NCBI GenBank assembly: GCA_021800275.1
Contig: JAJYZB010000001.1
Location: 392,624 to 456,623, forward strand
Direction: 5' to 3'
From: a bacterium
GTDB taxonomy: Bacteria; Vulcanimicrobiota; JABDET01
Length of the DNA stretch: 64,000 nucleotides
Within the stretch, counting starts at the first letter, position 1, and every line of letters begins with the position of its first letter. Under the pieces are notes generated by a model. The model was not told where the DNA came from. It saw only the letters and a list, made by a program, of their open reading frames with translations, and ran no database searches. Shown piece after piece: positions 17,482-28,484 of the stretch. The position numbers and the translations under genes were made by a program.

Positions 17482-18800
17482 AGAATGATTCTAGGGATTA
17501 ATGGAGATAGTACAGGAGGTTCTGTGCCAATACGGTACGCCTCCTTTATTTTTTTTTGGCAGAAGTTAAGTTTCAATGGATCATTTCCTCGGATTTCAAC
17601 AAGAGGTTCCCCTTTCTCAACTTGATCCCCTACTCTTTTTTTCAAAATTATTCCAACAGAAAGATCTATCTTGTCTTCTTTTTTTGTTCTCCCCGCCCCT
17701 AGTAAAAGAGAGGTTCGTCCAACAGCTTCAGCAGAAATCGCCTGAACATATCCCGAGGCATCAGAACACACCGTCTGAATCAAAGCAGCGGTTGGCAGAA
17801 GAGCCGTGTCTTCAACCACTCTAGGATCCCCTCCTTGAGCCTTGATCAGCTCCTCCATCTTATCTAATCCTTTCCCCGAATCAAGAGCGCCAAGCACTTT
17901 TTTTTCAGCCTCGCCAAAGCTGGCGGCTTCCCCACCCAAAAGAACCATACAAGAAGCTAGTTGAACTGATACTTTTCTTAAATCGCCTTTTTTTTCTTCC
18001 CCCTTTAAAATTTTAAATGCTTCTATAACCTCTAAAACATTGCCAATATAATTGCCAAGCGGCTGTTCCATAGAGGTCAAAAAAGCAGCCGTTCTTTTTC
18101 CTGCATGATTCCCGATCTTCACCATGATTTCTGCCAACTTTCCAGCAGCATCCAATCCTTTCATAAAAGCTCCATCCCCAAACTTAACATCCAGAACAAT
18201 CGCATCTGCCCCGGCAGCTAATTTTTTGCTCATCACCGACGAAGCGATTAATGGAAGAGAATCAATGGTTGCAGTTACATCTCTCAAAGCATAGAGTTTT
18301 TTATCAGCGGGAACCAGTTCTTGAGACTGAGCCATAATACTGATTCCTATTTTATTGACCTGAAAAAAAAACGCTTCTTTAGACAGCTCAACTGAAAAAC
18401 CTGGAATACTCTCCAGCTTATCAGCAGTTCCCCCGGTATGTCCTAATCCTCTTCCAGTCATTTTAGCTACAGGGACTCCACAGGCTGAAGCAAGAGGAGC
18501 GCAGATCAATGTTGTTGTATCCCCAACTCCTCCAGTTGAGTGTTTATCCACCTTAACTCCACGAATCCCGCTTAGATCAATTTTCTCTCCTGAATCTCTC
18601 ATCGCCAGGGTAAAATTTAAAAGTTCAGTTTCAGACATTTCTCTAAAATACACTGCCATCAAAAAAGCGGACATCTGATAATCTGGAACCTCGCCTTTTA
18701 CATACCGTGAAACAAGAAACTTAATCTCTTCAGGCGACAGCACCTGGCCATCTCTTTTCTTCTTAATGATGTCAGGTGTCAGCATTTTTAATCGAGTCAA
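17478..18800 (-). CDS. deoA: Pyrimidine-nucleoside (thymidine) phosphorylase
   Basis: KHSTGGVGDTTTL and MTGRGLGHTGGTADKLESIPGF are canonical phosphate- and pyrimidine-binding motifs. Confidence 0.85.
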   Translation of the reverse strand: MTRLKMLTPDIIKKKRDGQVLSPEEIKFLVSRYVKGEVPDYQMSAFLMAVYFREMSETELLNFTLAMRDSGEKIDLSGIRGVKVDKHSTGGVGDTTTLICAPLASACGVPVAKMTGRGLGHTGGTADKLESIPGFSVELSKEAFFFQVNKIGISIMAQSQELVPADKKLYALRDVTATIDSLPLIASSVMSKKLAAGADAIVLDVKFGDGAFMKGLDAAGKLAEIMVKIGNHAGKRTAAFLTSMEQPLGNYIGNVLEVIEAFKILKGEEKKGDLRKVSVQLASCMVLLGGEAASFGEAEKKVLGALDSGKGLDKMEELIKAQGGDPRVVEDTALLPTAALIQTVCSDASGYVQAISAEAVGRTSLLLGAGRTKKEDKIDLSVGIILKKRVGDQVEKGEPLVEIRGNDPLKLNFCQKKIKEAYRIGTEPPVLSPLIPRIIL

Positions 18801-19602
18801 GATTCAATACAATCTCACGAAGCAGTTTACAGAATTTCTTTTCCGATTTTTTCGCTGTTTCCAGAACCTCACTGTGATCTGGAGAAGAACCCCTTGTGTG
18901 AACATTAGTAATCAAAGAAATAGCTAACACAGAAACCCCAAGCTGGACGGCAGCTGTAACTTCAGGGACAGTGGACATTCCTGCCGCATCTGCTCCAAAC
19001 AATCGAAACATTTTGACCTCTGCAGGAGTTTCATAACTTGGACCAGGGAGCGCTAAATAAACTCCCTCATGGATCGGATTTTTTAATTTCCTGGAATGCT
19101 TCTTTGCCAAGTCTCTCAGCCGTTTAGGATAAGCTTCTACTAAACTCACAAACCTTTTCCCAAAACGGGAATCATAATCTCCTCGCAGAGGATTATCAGG
19201 AATAAAATTAATATGATCCCTGATGAGCATGATATCCCCTGGTTTAAACTTTAAATTCAATCCTCCAGCTGCATTAGTCAAAATTAAAGTTTTAATCCCG
19301 AGCTTAATAAGGGTTCGAACAGGAAACACCACTTCTTGCAAGCTGTATCCTTCATAATAATGAAACCTGCCGGACAAAACAGCAATCTTAAATTTTCCTA
19401 TCTCTCCAAGCAGCAGAGATCCGGCATGACCTTCTACTGTAGAGCGTGGAAAATGAGGAATTACAGAGTAGGGAATTGATTTGGCAGAAGAAATCTCTTT
19501 CGTAAAACTGGATAAACCGGATCCTAAAACAACTCCAATTTCTGATGAATTCCAAAATGGTTCTAAATAAGAGGCTGCTGCTTCAATTTTTTCAATCAAC
19601 AT
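18772..19602 (-). CDS. Purine nucleoside / 5'-methylthioadenosine phosphorylase (PNP/MTAP family)
   Basis: GVVLGSGLS...HAGSLLLGEIG...LTNAAGGLN gives the PNP-family I fold motifs. It overlaps the deoA start. Confidence 0.75.
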   Translation of the reverse strand: MLIEKIEAAASYLEPFWNSSEIGVVLGSGLSSFTKEISSAKSIPYSVIPHFPRSTVEGHAGSLLLGEIGKFKIAVLSGRFHYYEGYSLQEVVFPVRTLIKLGIKTLILTNAAGGLNLKFKPGDIMLIRDHINFIPDNPLRGDYDSRFGKRFVSLVEAYPKRLRDLAKKHSRKLKNPIHEGVYLALPGPSYETPAEVKMFRLFGADAAGMSTVPEVTAAVQLGVSVLAISLITNVHTRGSSPDHSEVLETAKKSEKKFCKLLREIVLNLDSIKNADT

Positions 19603-19718
19603 TGGAAGCTTTTCGGTTTTCCAGAGTTAAAAATCCTTGCATCTTCCTCATCTATATCTTCACAATTCGAGGTTCTCTCAAGCCAAACAAAATCCTCTCA
19701 AAGGATTTCTGGTAAAAA

Positions 19719-20381
19719 ATGTTAAAAATACCTCAGATAATAAAGATGGTTCAAGATAAAACTCGCCTCATTGAAGCTCTCGCTCTAACGGCTCAAAATT
19801 TTTGTAGAAAAGGCTGGAATCCAGCCACCAGCGGCAATTTAAGTGTTTTATTGAGCAGAATTCCTTTCAAATTAGCCATTACTCCAACCGGGATCAATAA
19901 ATCCTCTCTCCAATCGGATCAGATTGTGATTGTAGATGAAAATGGAACGCGAATTGAAGGAAAAGGAAACCCTTCCAGTGATATAAAACTGCATCTGGCT
20001 GTTCTAAAGTCTAAACCTGAAATCAATTCTGTTTTTCACATTCATTCGATTTGGAATACGCTGCTGTCAAGCGAGAACCACCCTGGAGATAAAGTTGTCC
20101 TGCAGCAGTATGAACTGCTCAAAGCGCTGCGCAAAAATTATTCACCCTCAGAAAAAATCTACATTCCAATTCTCCAGAGTCAGGGGGATCAGGATCAGTT
20201 ATCTAAAGAATTTTCCAGAATTCTAAAAGAAGATTTAGACATCCATGGAATTCTCTTAAAGCAGCATGGCCTTTATTCCTGGGGAGAAAATTTACAAAGC
20301 GCCTGCCAGAGAGTAGAAGCTCTGGAATTCTTATTTGAAGTTCAGGCACGCCAATTGCAAATTCGAAAACCTCAAATATGA
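19719..20381 (+). CDS. Class II aldolase/adducin-family protein, MtnB (methylthioribulose-1-P dehydratase)-like
   Basis: WNPATSGNLSV...HIHS carries class-II-aldolase zinc-ligand His residues. It sits next to the MTAP-like gene. Confidence 0.6.
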   Translation: MLKIPQIIKMVQDKTRLIEALALTAQNFCRKGWNPATSGNLSVLLSRIPFKLAITPTGINKSSLQSDQIVIVDENGTRIEGKGNPSSDIKLHLAVLKSKPEINSVFHIHSIWNTLLSSENHPGDKVVLQQYELLKALRKNYSPSEKIYIPILQSQGDQDQLSKEFSRILKEDLDIHGILLKQHGLYSWGENLQSACQRVEALEFLFEVQARQLQIRKPQI

Positions 20382-21298
20382 AAAAAAAGTGGCTTGCGTT
20401 TTTATTTCTACTGATCTTCCCACATGTCCTAACATCAGCAAAAACCCATGCTGCAGAGAAAGCCCACACAAAAAAAATTTACTGGCATACAGGAACTGCC
20501 GCATTTATTTCTCCTTATCGTCTAACCTTATCTGATGGAAGGCAGTATTATCTTAACAAATCCGTCCCCATTTATTTAAATGGAAAACTCATCCCTAATC
20601 TGAATCCGATTAAACCTGGAAACTCTGTGATCATTCGACTTCTCCCAAAACGAGATTTTATCTCTGGCATCTGGGCTTTTCATTTTCCTAAACACCCCGG
20701 ACCATCTCCGGATATTTTTGGACTGAAAACTCAATTTTTCAAAAACCATGGAAAACCTTTTCTAAAAATACAAGTTGATGCGCGTGCATTTGGAAAAACT
20801 GTTGTTTCAGCTCCAGGCGTCTTCCATTCCATTCTTCTATCTCCTAAAAAACCTGGACTTTATGCTGGGCGGGTAAATCTGAGACAGGGAATGGTTATCC
20901 CTGATGTCTTTTTACTGGTAAAATGGTCTAAAGGGAAAAGGGAACAAAGTTTAATCTTCCCGAACCCAGTTTCAATCTACACAGAACCACCCCAGATCTC
21001 GCAAATAAATCCCGAAAATAAAAAGAAAATTAAAAACCGCTCTCCATTTATTTTTGTCACCTTTAATTTAAAAACACCACCTGTTAATCCTGACACCCTT
21101 CAATTATTTTTAGATGAAAAAGATGTCACTCATCACTGCACACGGGATTCTCAAGTTATCTTTTTTGTTCCACCAGTTCCTCTTACTCCAGGGGAACATG
21201 TCTGCCTTATTCGAGGAAAAGGATTGGGAACAGGATACCCATTCCAAAAAAAATGGAGCTTCCAAATAGAGGGAACACCTGAACCAAAAGGAGAATAA
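20378..21298 (+). CDS. Secreted hypothetical protein
   Basis: [25 protein letters not shown] is a signal peptide. The start overlaps the upstream stop. Confidence 0.45.
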   Translation: MKKKWLAFLFLLIFPHVLTSAKTHAAEKAHTKKIYWHTGTAAFISPYRLTLSDGRQYYLNKSVPIYLNGKLIPNLNPIKPGNSVIIRLLPKRDFISGIWAFHFPKHPGPSPDIFGLKTQFFKNHGKPFLKIQVDARAFGKTVVSAPGVFHSILLSPKKPGLYAGRVNLRQGMVIPDVFLLVKWSKGKREQSLIFPNPVSIYTEPPQISQINPENKKKIKNRSPFIFVTFNLKTPPVNPDTLQLFLDEKDVTHHCTRDSQVIFFVPPVPLTPGEHVCLIRGKGLGTGYPFQKKWSFQIEGTPEPKGE

Positions 21299-21306
21299 AG
21301 TGTCTG

Positions 21307-22611
21307 ATGATATCTCCTAAAACAAAAACAACAGTCTATAAAATTGGAAATTTTGCAGGGCAAGAAGTGGTTATTCAGGGATGGCTTTCTAATTCCCGTT
21401 CCAGCGGCTCTGTCCATTTTTTGACCATTCGAGATGGAACTGGTTTTATTCAGGGAGTGGTGGCTAAAAATGAAGTAACCCCTGAAACCTTTCAAACAGC
21501 CAATACTCTTGGACAGGAATCAGCCGTTGAAGTTTCAGGTATCGTGCGAGAGGAGAAAAGGGCTCCAGGAGGATATGAATTAACCATTAAAGATCTGAAA
21601 CAAATAGGTCCTTCCGAAAATTATCCCATTACACCCAAAGAACATGGAATAGATTTTCTTATGGAACACAGACATTTGTGGTTCCGCTCTCAGAGGCAGC
21701 AGGCTATTTTAAAAATTCGCCACGAAATCATTAGAGCGATCCGAGATTATCTGGATTCTCAAGGATTTGTTTTAGTGGATGCTCCTATTTTAACCCCTTC
21801 TGCTTGTGAAGGAACAACCAATCTTTTTGAAGTCCAGTATTTTGAAGACAAGGCTTATCTAACTCAATCAGGGCAGCTGTACATGGAAGCAGCTGCCATG
21901 GCTCTTGGAAAAGTCTATTGTTTTGGTCCCACTTTCAGGGCTGAAAAATCAAAAACAAGAAGACATCTGACAGAGTTCTGGATGGTGGAGCCTGAGATGG
22001 CTTTCTGTCATTTAGAAGACAGCCTTCAAGTGCAGGAAGGATTAGTCAGTTTTATTGTTTCCCGTGTTTTAGAAAACCGAAAAAAAGATTTAGAATTCTT
22101 AAAACGAGATACCACAAAACTTGAAAAAATAACTTCCCCCTTCCCGAGAATCTCTTATGATGAATCGCTCGAAATCTTAAAGAAAAAAGGGTTGAATCCA
22201 ATCTGGGGTAATGACTTCGGTGGAACCGATGAAACCATTTTAACTGAACAATTCGAAAAACCTGTTTTTGTCACGCATTTTCCCATGGCGTGCAAAGCCT
22301 TTTACATGAAACAGGACCCTGTTCGCCCTGAGCTAGCTGTATGCGCAGATCTTCTGGCACCTGAAGGATATGGAGAAATTATTGGAGGAGGGCAGAGAGA
22401 AGAAGATTTAGAGCTTCTGAAAAACCGCATGGAAAGAATGAAAATGGAAAAAGAACCGTATCAATGGTATTTGGATTTAAGAAGATTTGGTTCGGTCCCC
22501 CACGGCGGCTTTGGATTAGGAATTGAAAGAACAGTCTCCTGGATCTGTGGGCTTGAACACGTCAGAGAAGCCATTCCTTTTGCACGCACCCTTTACAGAA
22601 TTTATCCGTAA
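21307..22611 (+). CDS. asnS: Asparaginyl-tRNA synthetase
   Basis: N-terminal OB fold. Class II motifs [24 protein letters not shown] and [11 protein letters not shown]. Confidence 0.85.
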   Translation: MISPKTKTTVYKIGNFAGQEVVIQGWLSNSRSSGSVHFLTIRDGTGFIQGVVAKNEVTPETFQTANTLGQESAVEVSGIVREEKRAPGGYELTIKDLKQIGPSENYPITPKEHGIDFLMEHRHLWFRSQRQQAILKIRHEIIRAIRDYLDSQGFVLVDAPILTPSACEGTTNLFEVQYFEDKAYLTQSGQLYMEAAAMALGKVYCFGPTFRAEKSKTRRHLTEFWMVEPEMAFCHLEDSLQVQEGLVSFIVSRVLENRKKDLEFLKRDTTKLEKITSPFPRISYDESLEILKKKGLNPIWGNDFGGTDETILTEQFEKPVFVTHFPMACKAFYMKQDPVRPELAVCADLLAPEGYGEIIGGGQREEDLELLKNRMERMKMEKEPYQWYLDLRRFGSVPHGGFGLGIERTVSWICGLEHVREAIPFARTLYRIYP

Positions 22612-22699
22612 AAATCTTCACTCATTTAAAATCATTCAAAGGAATATTCTGCTCATGGAGAGAAGCTGTTCTCCACTGCTAAGGAGATGAAATCCAATC

Positions 22700-23221
22700 A
22701 TGAACTGTCCAGCCTGCGGAAAATCTAATCTGGATGACGCGCAGTACTGCTTTAACTGCGGTGGAACTTTTAAAACATCCGACACTCCACGTAAAGGGAA
22801 GAAATTTGGAATTGTAATTGTCTTTGCAGCTGCTGGCTGTGTCTTCTTCATCACTGGCATTCTGGCGATAATTGCAGCCATATTAATTCCTAATTTTATT
22901 CGAGCCCGCACTCAGGCGCAGATGGCAGCCTCAATATCAAACGAGAAAAACATTGCTGCTGCCCTGGATATGTACCAAACGAACCATCATGGAAAGTTCC
23001 CTGATACAGGAGGAAGATTTGTCCCGTTAAATTCACTTCAAAATGGCTTAGTACCCAGATATATGAGAGGACTTCCAGTGGATCCAGCAGCAGGAGCAGA
23101 ATATACATATTCGGGTTCTAATCATCCTGCACAATTTACAATCTGTGACCCTTCTGCTTCTAGTTACAACTTAAAATCTCTTTGTTTTTCCTCCAGCAGC
23201 GGGCTCAGGATTCAAAGATAA
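22700..23221 (+). CDS. Zinc-ribbon / single-TM protein with pseudopilin-like N-terminal helix
   Basis: N-terminal CPACG...CFNCGG is a zinc ribbon. It is followed by a TM helix and ILIPNFIRARTQAQMAA, which resembles the conserved helix of type-II-secretion pseudopilins and PVC H-X9-DG proteins, but without a G/F prepilin cleavage site. Confidence 0.5.
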   Translation: MNCPACGKSNLDDAQYCFNCGGTFKTSDTPRKGKKFGIVIVFAAAGCVFFITGILAIIAAILIPNFIRARTQAQMAASISNEKNIAAALDMYQTNHHGKFPDTGGRFVPLNSLQNGLVPRYMRGLPVDPAAGAEYTYSGSNHPAQFTICDPSASSYNLKSLCFSSSSGLRIQR

Positions 23222-23227
23222 AATTAT

Positions 23228-24058
23228 CTATATATTTTTTACTCCCAAGACTTCCTGCACTTTACTCCTGTCCCCCTTGCAGCTGATCTGTCTGGGCGCT
23301 AATAAGTAATGCAATCTGAATCCCGCTTTCTCATAAAGATCTACAATCCGATCTGTTGCCTGGTTAGAAATAACAACTGGACCTTTATGTTTTGAAAGCC
23401 ATTCTATTAAGCGGATCTGGTCATTCCATCCAAAATCTTCTTCTGCATACTGAGTAAATTTCACATCATAAGGAGGATCAGCATAAACAAAATCTGTTGG
23501 TTCCAATATTAAATTTTCAAAATCGGTGGAAATAAATTCCCATTTCATGAATAATTTCTGATAAGATAAAAAATCTCGGCGATAATTAATTTTTTGATAC
23601 TGTCCAAAGGGAACATTATAGATCCCATGACGATTAAATCTGCAGAGTCCATTGTATCCTGTTCTATTCAAATAATAAAACAATTCCGCACCCTGGCGAA
23701 TCTTGCTTTTTCCAGCGCGGATCAAATCATTAAAAAAATTCCTGTGAGCATAATACAAGTCTGAATCGTTTTCCATAGGAATCGAAATAAATAATCCCTT
23801 TTTTATCCACTGATAAAAATTGATCAAATGTGGATTAATATCGTTTAAAAGAGCTTTTTCAGGCAGAAGATTCAGAGCTACCGAAAGTCCTCCAGAAAAA
23901 GGTTCGACCAGTCTGCAATTTCGATAAGGAGCCCATAAAGATGTCAAATACTGAATAAGCCATCTTTTTCCCCCTGCCCATTTTAAAGGAGGATCAAAAG
24001 GAGTAAATGATTCACCGAGTTCAATCGGCAAAAGTTCCTGAGTGGCCCCTACCCCCAT
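23228..24058 (-). CDS. DNA adenine (N6) methyltransferase, Dam/D12 class
   Basis: KWAGGKRWL is the Dam N-terminal SAM motif. DPPY is the catalytic motif. The start may be an internal Met. Confidence 0.8.
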   Translation of the reverse strand: MGVGATQELLPIELGESFTPFDPPLKWAGGKRWLIQYLTSLWAPYRNCRLVEPFSGGLSVALNLLPEKALLNDINPHLINFYQWIKKGLFISIPMENDSDLYYAHRNFFNDLIRAGKSKIRQGAELFYYLNRTGYNGLCRFNRHGIYNVPFGQYQKINYRRDFLSYQKLFMKWEFISTDFENLILEPTDFVYADPPYDVKFTQYAEEDFGWNDQIRLIEWLSKHKGPVVISNQATDRIVDLYEKAGFRLHYLLAPRQISCKGDRSKVQEVLGVKNI

Positions 24059-24182
24059 TACTTTTAAGATTTACTTAATACAAACAGGTTCTCCTCCTTC
24101 CCGCGAAAGAATTTTGGCAAACTTTTTTGATTAAGCAGCATGAAGCCGAATGATTCGTAAAAATTCAACCGGCTGGCGAAAA

Positions 24183-25172
24183 TTATACCGCTGTTTTTTC
24201 AGAAAACACTGTCTGCATCTCTTTGGTCAGCAGAGGAAGAATAACGAACAAATCTCCAACAATTCCGTAAGTAGCCACTTTAAAAATGGAAGCTTCTGGA
24301 TCATTGTTAATCGCCACAATGCACTTAGCGCTGGACATGCCTGCCAGATGTTGGACTGCTCCTGAAATTCCGCAAGCAATGTAGAGATCAGGGTTAACTG
24401 TTTTACCGGTTTGTCCTACTTGATGCTGATGCTCAATCCATCCTGCATCCACAACCATTCTCGATGCTCCTACAGCTCCCCCCATAACTTTAGCCAAATC
24501 TTCAATAAGACGAAAATTTTCAGGAGTCTTTAATCCTCTTCCCCCTGAAATAATGATCCGAGAATCAGAAAGATCAGCCAGTTGATCTTGAGATTTTATC
24601 ATTTCTATCACTTTGATCTTTTTGCTGCTTACAGGTTGAAAATCAAAGGAAACAATTTCTGCCCTCTTGCCTGGAATTAATTCTTCTACTTTGCACATGT
24701 TAGGTCTAAAACTGACGATGAAAGGAGTAGTGATGACTGACACTGCAGCATGGATCTTCCCCGAATAGACAGCCCTTATCGCTGAAATTTTTCCATTTTC
24801 AACAGACAGACTCATACAGTCAGCAGCATATCCTGCCTTCAAGCTTGTTGAAATCATGCCCGAAAGTTCTTTCCCATAAGTTGTGGATCCGAGAAAAACA
24901 ACTGAAAAAGAGTGCTTGTCTGCGCAGTCTTGAAACAATTTTACAAAATTTTCAGAATCGTACTTCTCAAGGACTGGACTGGCAGCATTAATGATCTTAT
25001 CAGCACCCCATTCCCCCAACTGCTCCTGATCCTCATGAGTTGCCACTGGTCCTGGAAGAAAAGCGGCAATTTCCTCTTTAATGTGATCTTTCAGACGTCG
25101 AGCTTCACTTAAAAGTTCTCGGGTCAATTTTAAAAATTTGCCCTCTTTTTTCTCAGTTAAAACCAGGATCAT
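24183..25172 (-). CDS. etfA: Electron transfer flavoprotein alpha subunit
   Basis: C-terminal FAD-binding region: IISGGRG...[16 protein letters not shown]. Confidence 0.85.
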   Translation of the reverse strand: MILVLTEKKEGKFLKLTRELLSEARRLKDHIKEEIAAFLPGPVATHEDQEQLGEWGADKIINAASPVLEKYDSENFVKLFQDCADKHSFSVVFLGSTTYGKELSGMISTSLKAGYAADCMSLSVENGKISAIRAVYSGKIHAAVSVITTPFIVSFRPNMCKVEELIPGKRAEIVSFDFQPVSSKKIKVIEMIKSQDQLADLSDSRIIISGGRGLKTPENFRLIEDLAKVMGGAVGASRMVVDAGWIEHQHQVGQTGKTVNPDLYIACGISGAVQHLAGMSSAKCIVAINNDPEASIFKVATYGIVGDLFVILPLLTKEMQTVFSEKTAV

Positions 25173-25948
25173 ATTACTTTTTCCTCATCTTTTAAAAATC
25201 TCACCAAGTCTTTAACCATTTTTTCAGGAGAACCTTGTAAGATCTTACCAGCAGGACGAACAGGAACGGGCTGCAGTCGCTCCAGTTTTGTTCGAGCAAA
25301 CTTTCTAATATCAGGAACTAAATCTGCAGCTTTTATCACTTCTATCTCTTTTTTCTTGGCTTTCATCATGCCTGCTAAAGAAGGATACCTCGGTTCATTC
25401 AATCCTTTTTGAGCAGAAAGCACACAAGGGAGATCAACTTCTATGATTTCTTCTCCCCCTTCAATCTGCCTTTTTATTTTCGCTTTCTTGCCATTTTCTA
25501 AAATTTCAACCTGAGTGACCACAGATACAAACGGAAAATTTAATCTCTGCGCCACTGCTCCACCTATATAAGCCATATCATCATCAGCAGCCTGTTTTCC
25601 GCTCAAAATTAAATCCGGATGCAGAGACTCAATTTTTTTCGCAAGCAGTTCCGCAGTAGAGAAAGGATCAAGGGGCTCCCCTTCTTCCAGAATCAAAACT
25701 GCTTGATCAGCGCCAACTGCTATGCAGGTTCTGAGAATTTCCTTCGTTCTTTCTAAGCCAACTGTTAAAACGAACAACTCAGAGGAACTAATCTTTTCTT
25801 TCAGTCTAACCGCTTCTTCAACAGCAAACTCATCATAAGGGTTCAAAATATACTTCAGCCCTTCTTCAACAATCCCAGACCCATCAGGTTTAATCTGAAT
25901 TTGGGCAGCAGTATCAGGAACTTGCTTCACCAGAACGACTATTCTCAA
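25169..25948 (-). CDS. etfB: Electron transfer flavoprotein beta subunit
   Basis: MRIVVLVKQVPD is the consensus N-terminus. The stop overlaps the etfA start. Confidence 0.85.
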   Translation of the reverse strand: MRIVVLVKQVPDTAAQIQIKPDGSGIVEEGLKYILNPYDEFAVEEAVRLKEKISSSELFVLTVGLERTKEILRTCIAVGADQAVLILEEGEPLDPFSTAELLAKKIESLHPDLILSGKQAADDDMAYIGGAVAQRLNFPFVSVVTQVEILENGKKAKIKRQIEGGEEIIEVDLPCVLSAQKGLNEPRYPSLAGMMKAKKKEIEVIKAADLVPDIRKFARTKLERLQPVPVRPAGKILQGSPEKMVKDLVRFLKDEEKVI

Positions 25949-26106
25949 CTGGGGAAAACCTCCTTTTTATCTTCTCTCCTTCTGTTACCCACAAATTTAA
26001 AAGCAGCAGTAGAAATGCCCACAAAACATAAAAACCGTCACTGGCTTTTAAACTTGCCAATAAAAGCCCTGTCGCGCCAAAAATAATATATAATACGGGA
26101 ATAATT

Positions 26107-27270
26107 TTAACCTCCTAAAATGTTTCGAGCGATCACCATTTTCTGAACTTCTGTTGTTCCTTCATAAATTTCTGTAACTCTGGCATCTCGATAGAAACGC
26201 TCAACAGGATAATCTTTGGTATAACCATATCCACCATGAATTTGCAGGGCATGACTGGTAGCTTTTTCAGACATCGTCGAAGCAAAATACTTAGCCATCG
26301 AAGCTTCTTTAGAAAAAGGAACACCTTTATCTTTCAGGTACGAAGAGCGATAAACCAGGAGTCTAGCCGCCTCAATATAAGTTATCATATCCACCAACAT
26401 TTCCTGAACGAACTGAAAATTAGAAATCGTTTTCCCAAACTGAGATCTCTCTTTCGAATATTTCAAAGCTGCATCATAGGCGCCCTGGGCAATTCCAACG
26501 GCTTGAGAGGCAATGCTGATCCTTCCTGAATCTAGAGTTGTTAAAGCGATCTTAAAGCCATCTCCTTCCTCACCAATCAAATTGGAAACAGGCACTCTGC
26601 AATTTTCGAAAGCTATTTGAGCGGTACCAGATGCGCGAACACCCAGCATTTCTTCTTTGCGAACAATCTTAAAGCCAGGGAAAGTTCGCTCTACCACAAA
26701 AGCAGAAATTCCTTTATTCCCCTTACTTTTATCAATAGTGGCATAAACGATAAAAAAATCGGCCGCCATTCCATTGGTCACAAAAAGTTTCTGACCGTTT
26801 AAAAAGTAAAAATCACCATTTTTCTGTGCCATGGTCTGGAGGCTTCCGGCATCAGAGCCGCTAGAAGGTTCTGTTAAGCAGTAAGCCCCAATTTTTTTCC
26901 CGGCAGCAAGATCAGGGAGGTATTTACGCTTTAATTCTTCTGTCCCAAAACGATATAATGGGAGCTGAGCCAAAGTATTCTGAACAGCGGCAACAACCCC
27001 AGTAGAAGCACAGGCTCTTGAAAGCTCTTCAATAATAATGGCATAACTAATAGAATCCATTCCTGCTCCACCATATTCAGTTGGAGTATTGACACCCATC
27101 AGCCCGAGTTCACCCAATTTTGAGCAAATATCCCGAGGAAACTCCATGCTGCGATCCCTCTCACCTGCTCCAGGAGAAACCTCTTTTTCAGCAAATTTTC
27201 GAACCATATCCTGGATCATGAGATGATCTTCAGATAAATCGAAACTAATTCCCGCGCCTTTTACTAACAT
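26107..27270 (-). CDS. Acyl-CoA dehydrogenase (butyryl/short-chain type)
   Basis: YGGAGMDSISYAIIIEELS...GSDAGS...QIHGGYGY are ACAD motifs. Start chosen at MLVKGAG (ATG 27268-27270) to avoid overlap with the upstream paralog. Confidence 0.85.
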   Translation of the reverse strand: MLVKGAGISFDLSEDHLMIQDMVRKFAEKEVSPGAGERDRSMEFPRDICSKLGELGLMGVNTPTEYGGAGMDSISYAIIIEELSRACASTGVVAAVQNTLAQLPLYRFGTEELKRKYLPDLAAGKKIGAYCLTEPSSGSDAGSLQTMAQKNGDFYFLNGQKLFVTNGMAADFFIVYATIDKSKGNKGISAFVVERTFPGFKIVRKEEMLGVRASGTAQIAFENCRVPVSNLIGEEGDGFKIALTTLDSGRISIASQAVGIAQGAYDAALKYSKERSQFGKTISNFQFVQEMLVDMITYIEAARLLVYRSSYLKDKGVPFSKEASMAKYFASTMSEKATSHALQIHGGYGYTKDYPVERFYRDARVTEIYEGTTEVQKMVIARNILGG

Positions 27271-27286
27271 GCACATTCCTCCATCC

Positions 27287-28441
27287 TCATGCTGGCACCA
27301 GCCTTCCAGATGTCTTGAGCACCTCTCGCGCAATCACCAGTTTTTGAATTTCCGATGTTCCTTCGCCAATTTCTCCTAATTTAGCGTCTCGAAAATAACG
27401 CTCAACAGGAAGATCATTTGTTAATGCTGAGCAGCCAATGATTTTTAATGCGGCATCACACACTTCAACTGCAAGAGTCGAAGCAAAATACTTAGCCATC
27501 GAAGCTTCTTTAATATAAAACTGCCCTGTGTCTTTAACCCGGCAGGCTTCCTGCGCCAATAAAAGAGCAGCTTCCAATTTTGTAGCCGCTTCAGCTATCA
27601 TTCCTGCTTCCCATTCATGTTCATCCATCAGGCCGCTGTCAACTTCATTTTTTTTTGCCCAATCCAGCATCTGCTCAAAAGCTGCTTCAGCAATCCCTAA
27701 TGCCCAACCGGCAATTCCCAGGCGGCCGGCGTCCAGGGTCTGCAGAAAAACTCGGAATCCATCACCCTCTAGCCCTAAAAGATTCTCTTTGGGAACCTGA
27801 CAGCCATCTAAAATTAAACCCGATGTGTCAGATGCCCTAAGCCCTAATTTCTCTTCTTTTTTTGCAATCATCAACCCAGGATAGTTCCTCTCTAAAATAA
27901 ATGCTGAAATCCCCTTTTTCCCTTTTTCTCTACTCGTTAAAGCTGAGACGACAAAAGTGCTTGCATAACTAGCAGATGTGGTAAAAACTTTTCTTCCATT
28001 TAAAAGATATGACCCGTTTACACTAACAGCACTTGTCCGAGAACTTGCGGCATCAGAGCCGCTGGAAGGTTCTGTTAACCCAAAAGCTCCTAACATCTCC
28101 CCCCGAACAAGAGGTATCAAATAGTGTTTTTTCTGCTCTTCTGTCCCAGCAAAATAAATGGGATTTGTGCCGAGCAGGTGAGCTCCAATGGAAAGTCCAA
28201 GAGATGCCCAAACTTTGCTGATCTCTTTGACCGCTAAAATGAAAGAAAACGAGTCCGCATTCTGTCCCCCGTACTTTTCGGGGAAACCTATTCCTAAAAT
28301 TCCTAACTCCCCCAACTTTTTCATAAAAAAAAGCGGAAACTCTCCCTGTTTTTCCATTTCATTTACTTTAGGCTTAACTTCGCTTTCTGCGAACTGTTTC
28401 GCCAAATTCTGCCAATAGTTCTGCTGTTTCGTTAATACCAT
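27287..28441 (-). CDS. Acyl-CoA dehydrogenase (second, tandem paralog)
   Basis: YGGQNADSFSFILAVKEIS...GSDAAS... carries the same fold motifs. It is a tandem duplicate arrangement. Confidence 0.85.
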   Translation of the reverse strand: MVLTKQQNYWQNLAKQFAESEVKPKVNEMEKQGEFPLFFMKKLGELGILGIGFPEKYGGQNADSFSFILAVKEISKVWASLGLSIGAHLLGTNPIYFAGTEEQKKHYLIPLVRGEMLGAFGLTEPSSGSDAASSRTSAVSVNGSYLLNGRKVFTTSASYASTFVVSALTSREKGKKGISAFILERNYPGLMIAKKEEKLGLRASDTSGLILDGCQVPKENLLGLEGDGFRVFLQTLDAGRLGIAGWALGIAEAAFEQMLDWAKKNEVDSGLMDEHEWEAGMIAEAATKLEAALLLAQEACRVKDTGQFYIKEASMAKYFASTLAVEVCDAALKIIGCSALTNDLPVERYFRDAKLGEIGEGTSEIQKLVIAREVLKTSGRLVPA

Positions 28442-28484
28442 GCAAATTGGGTTTCGACTACAGGAATTAACATCCCTGCCTCAC

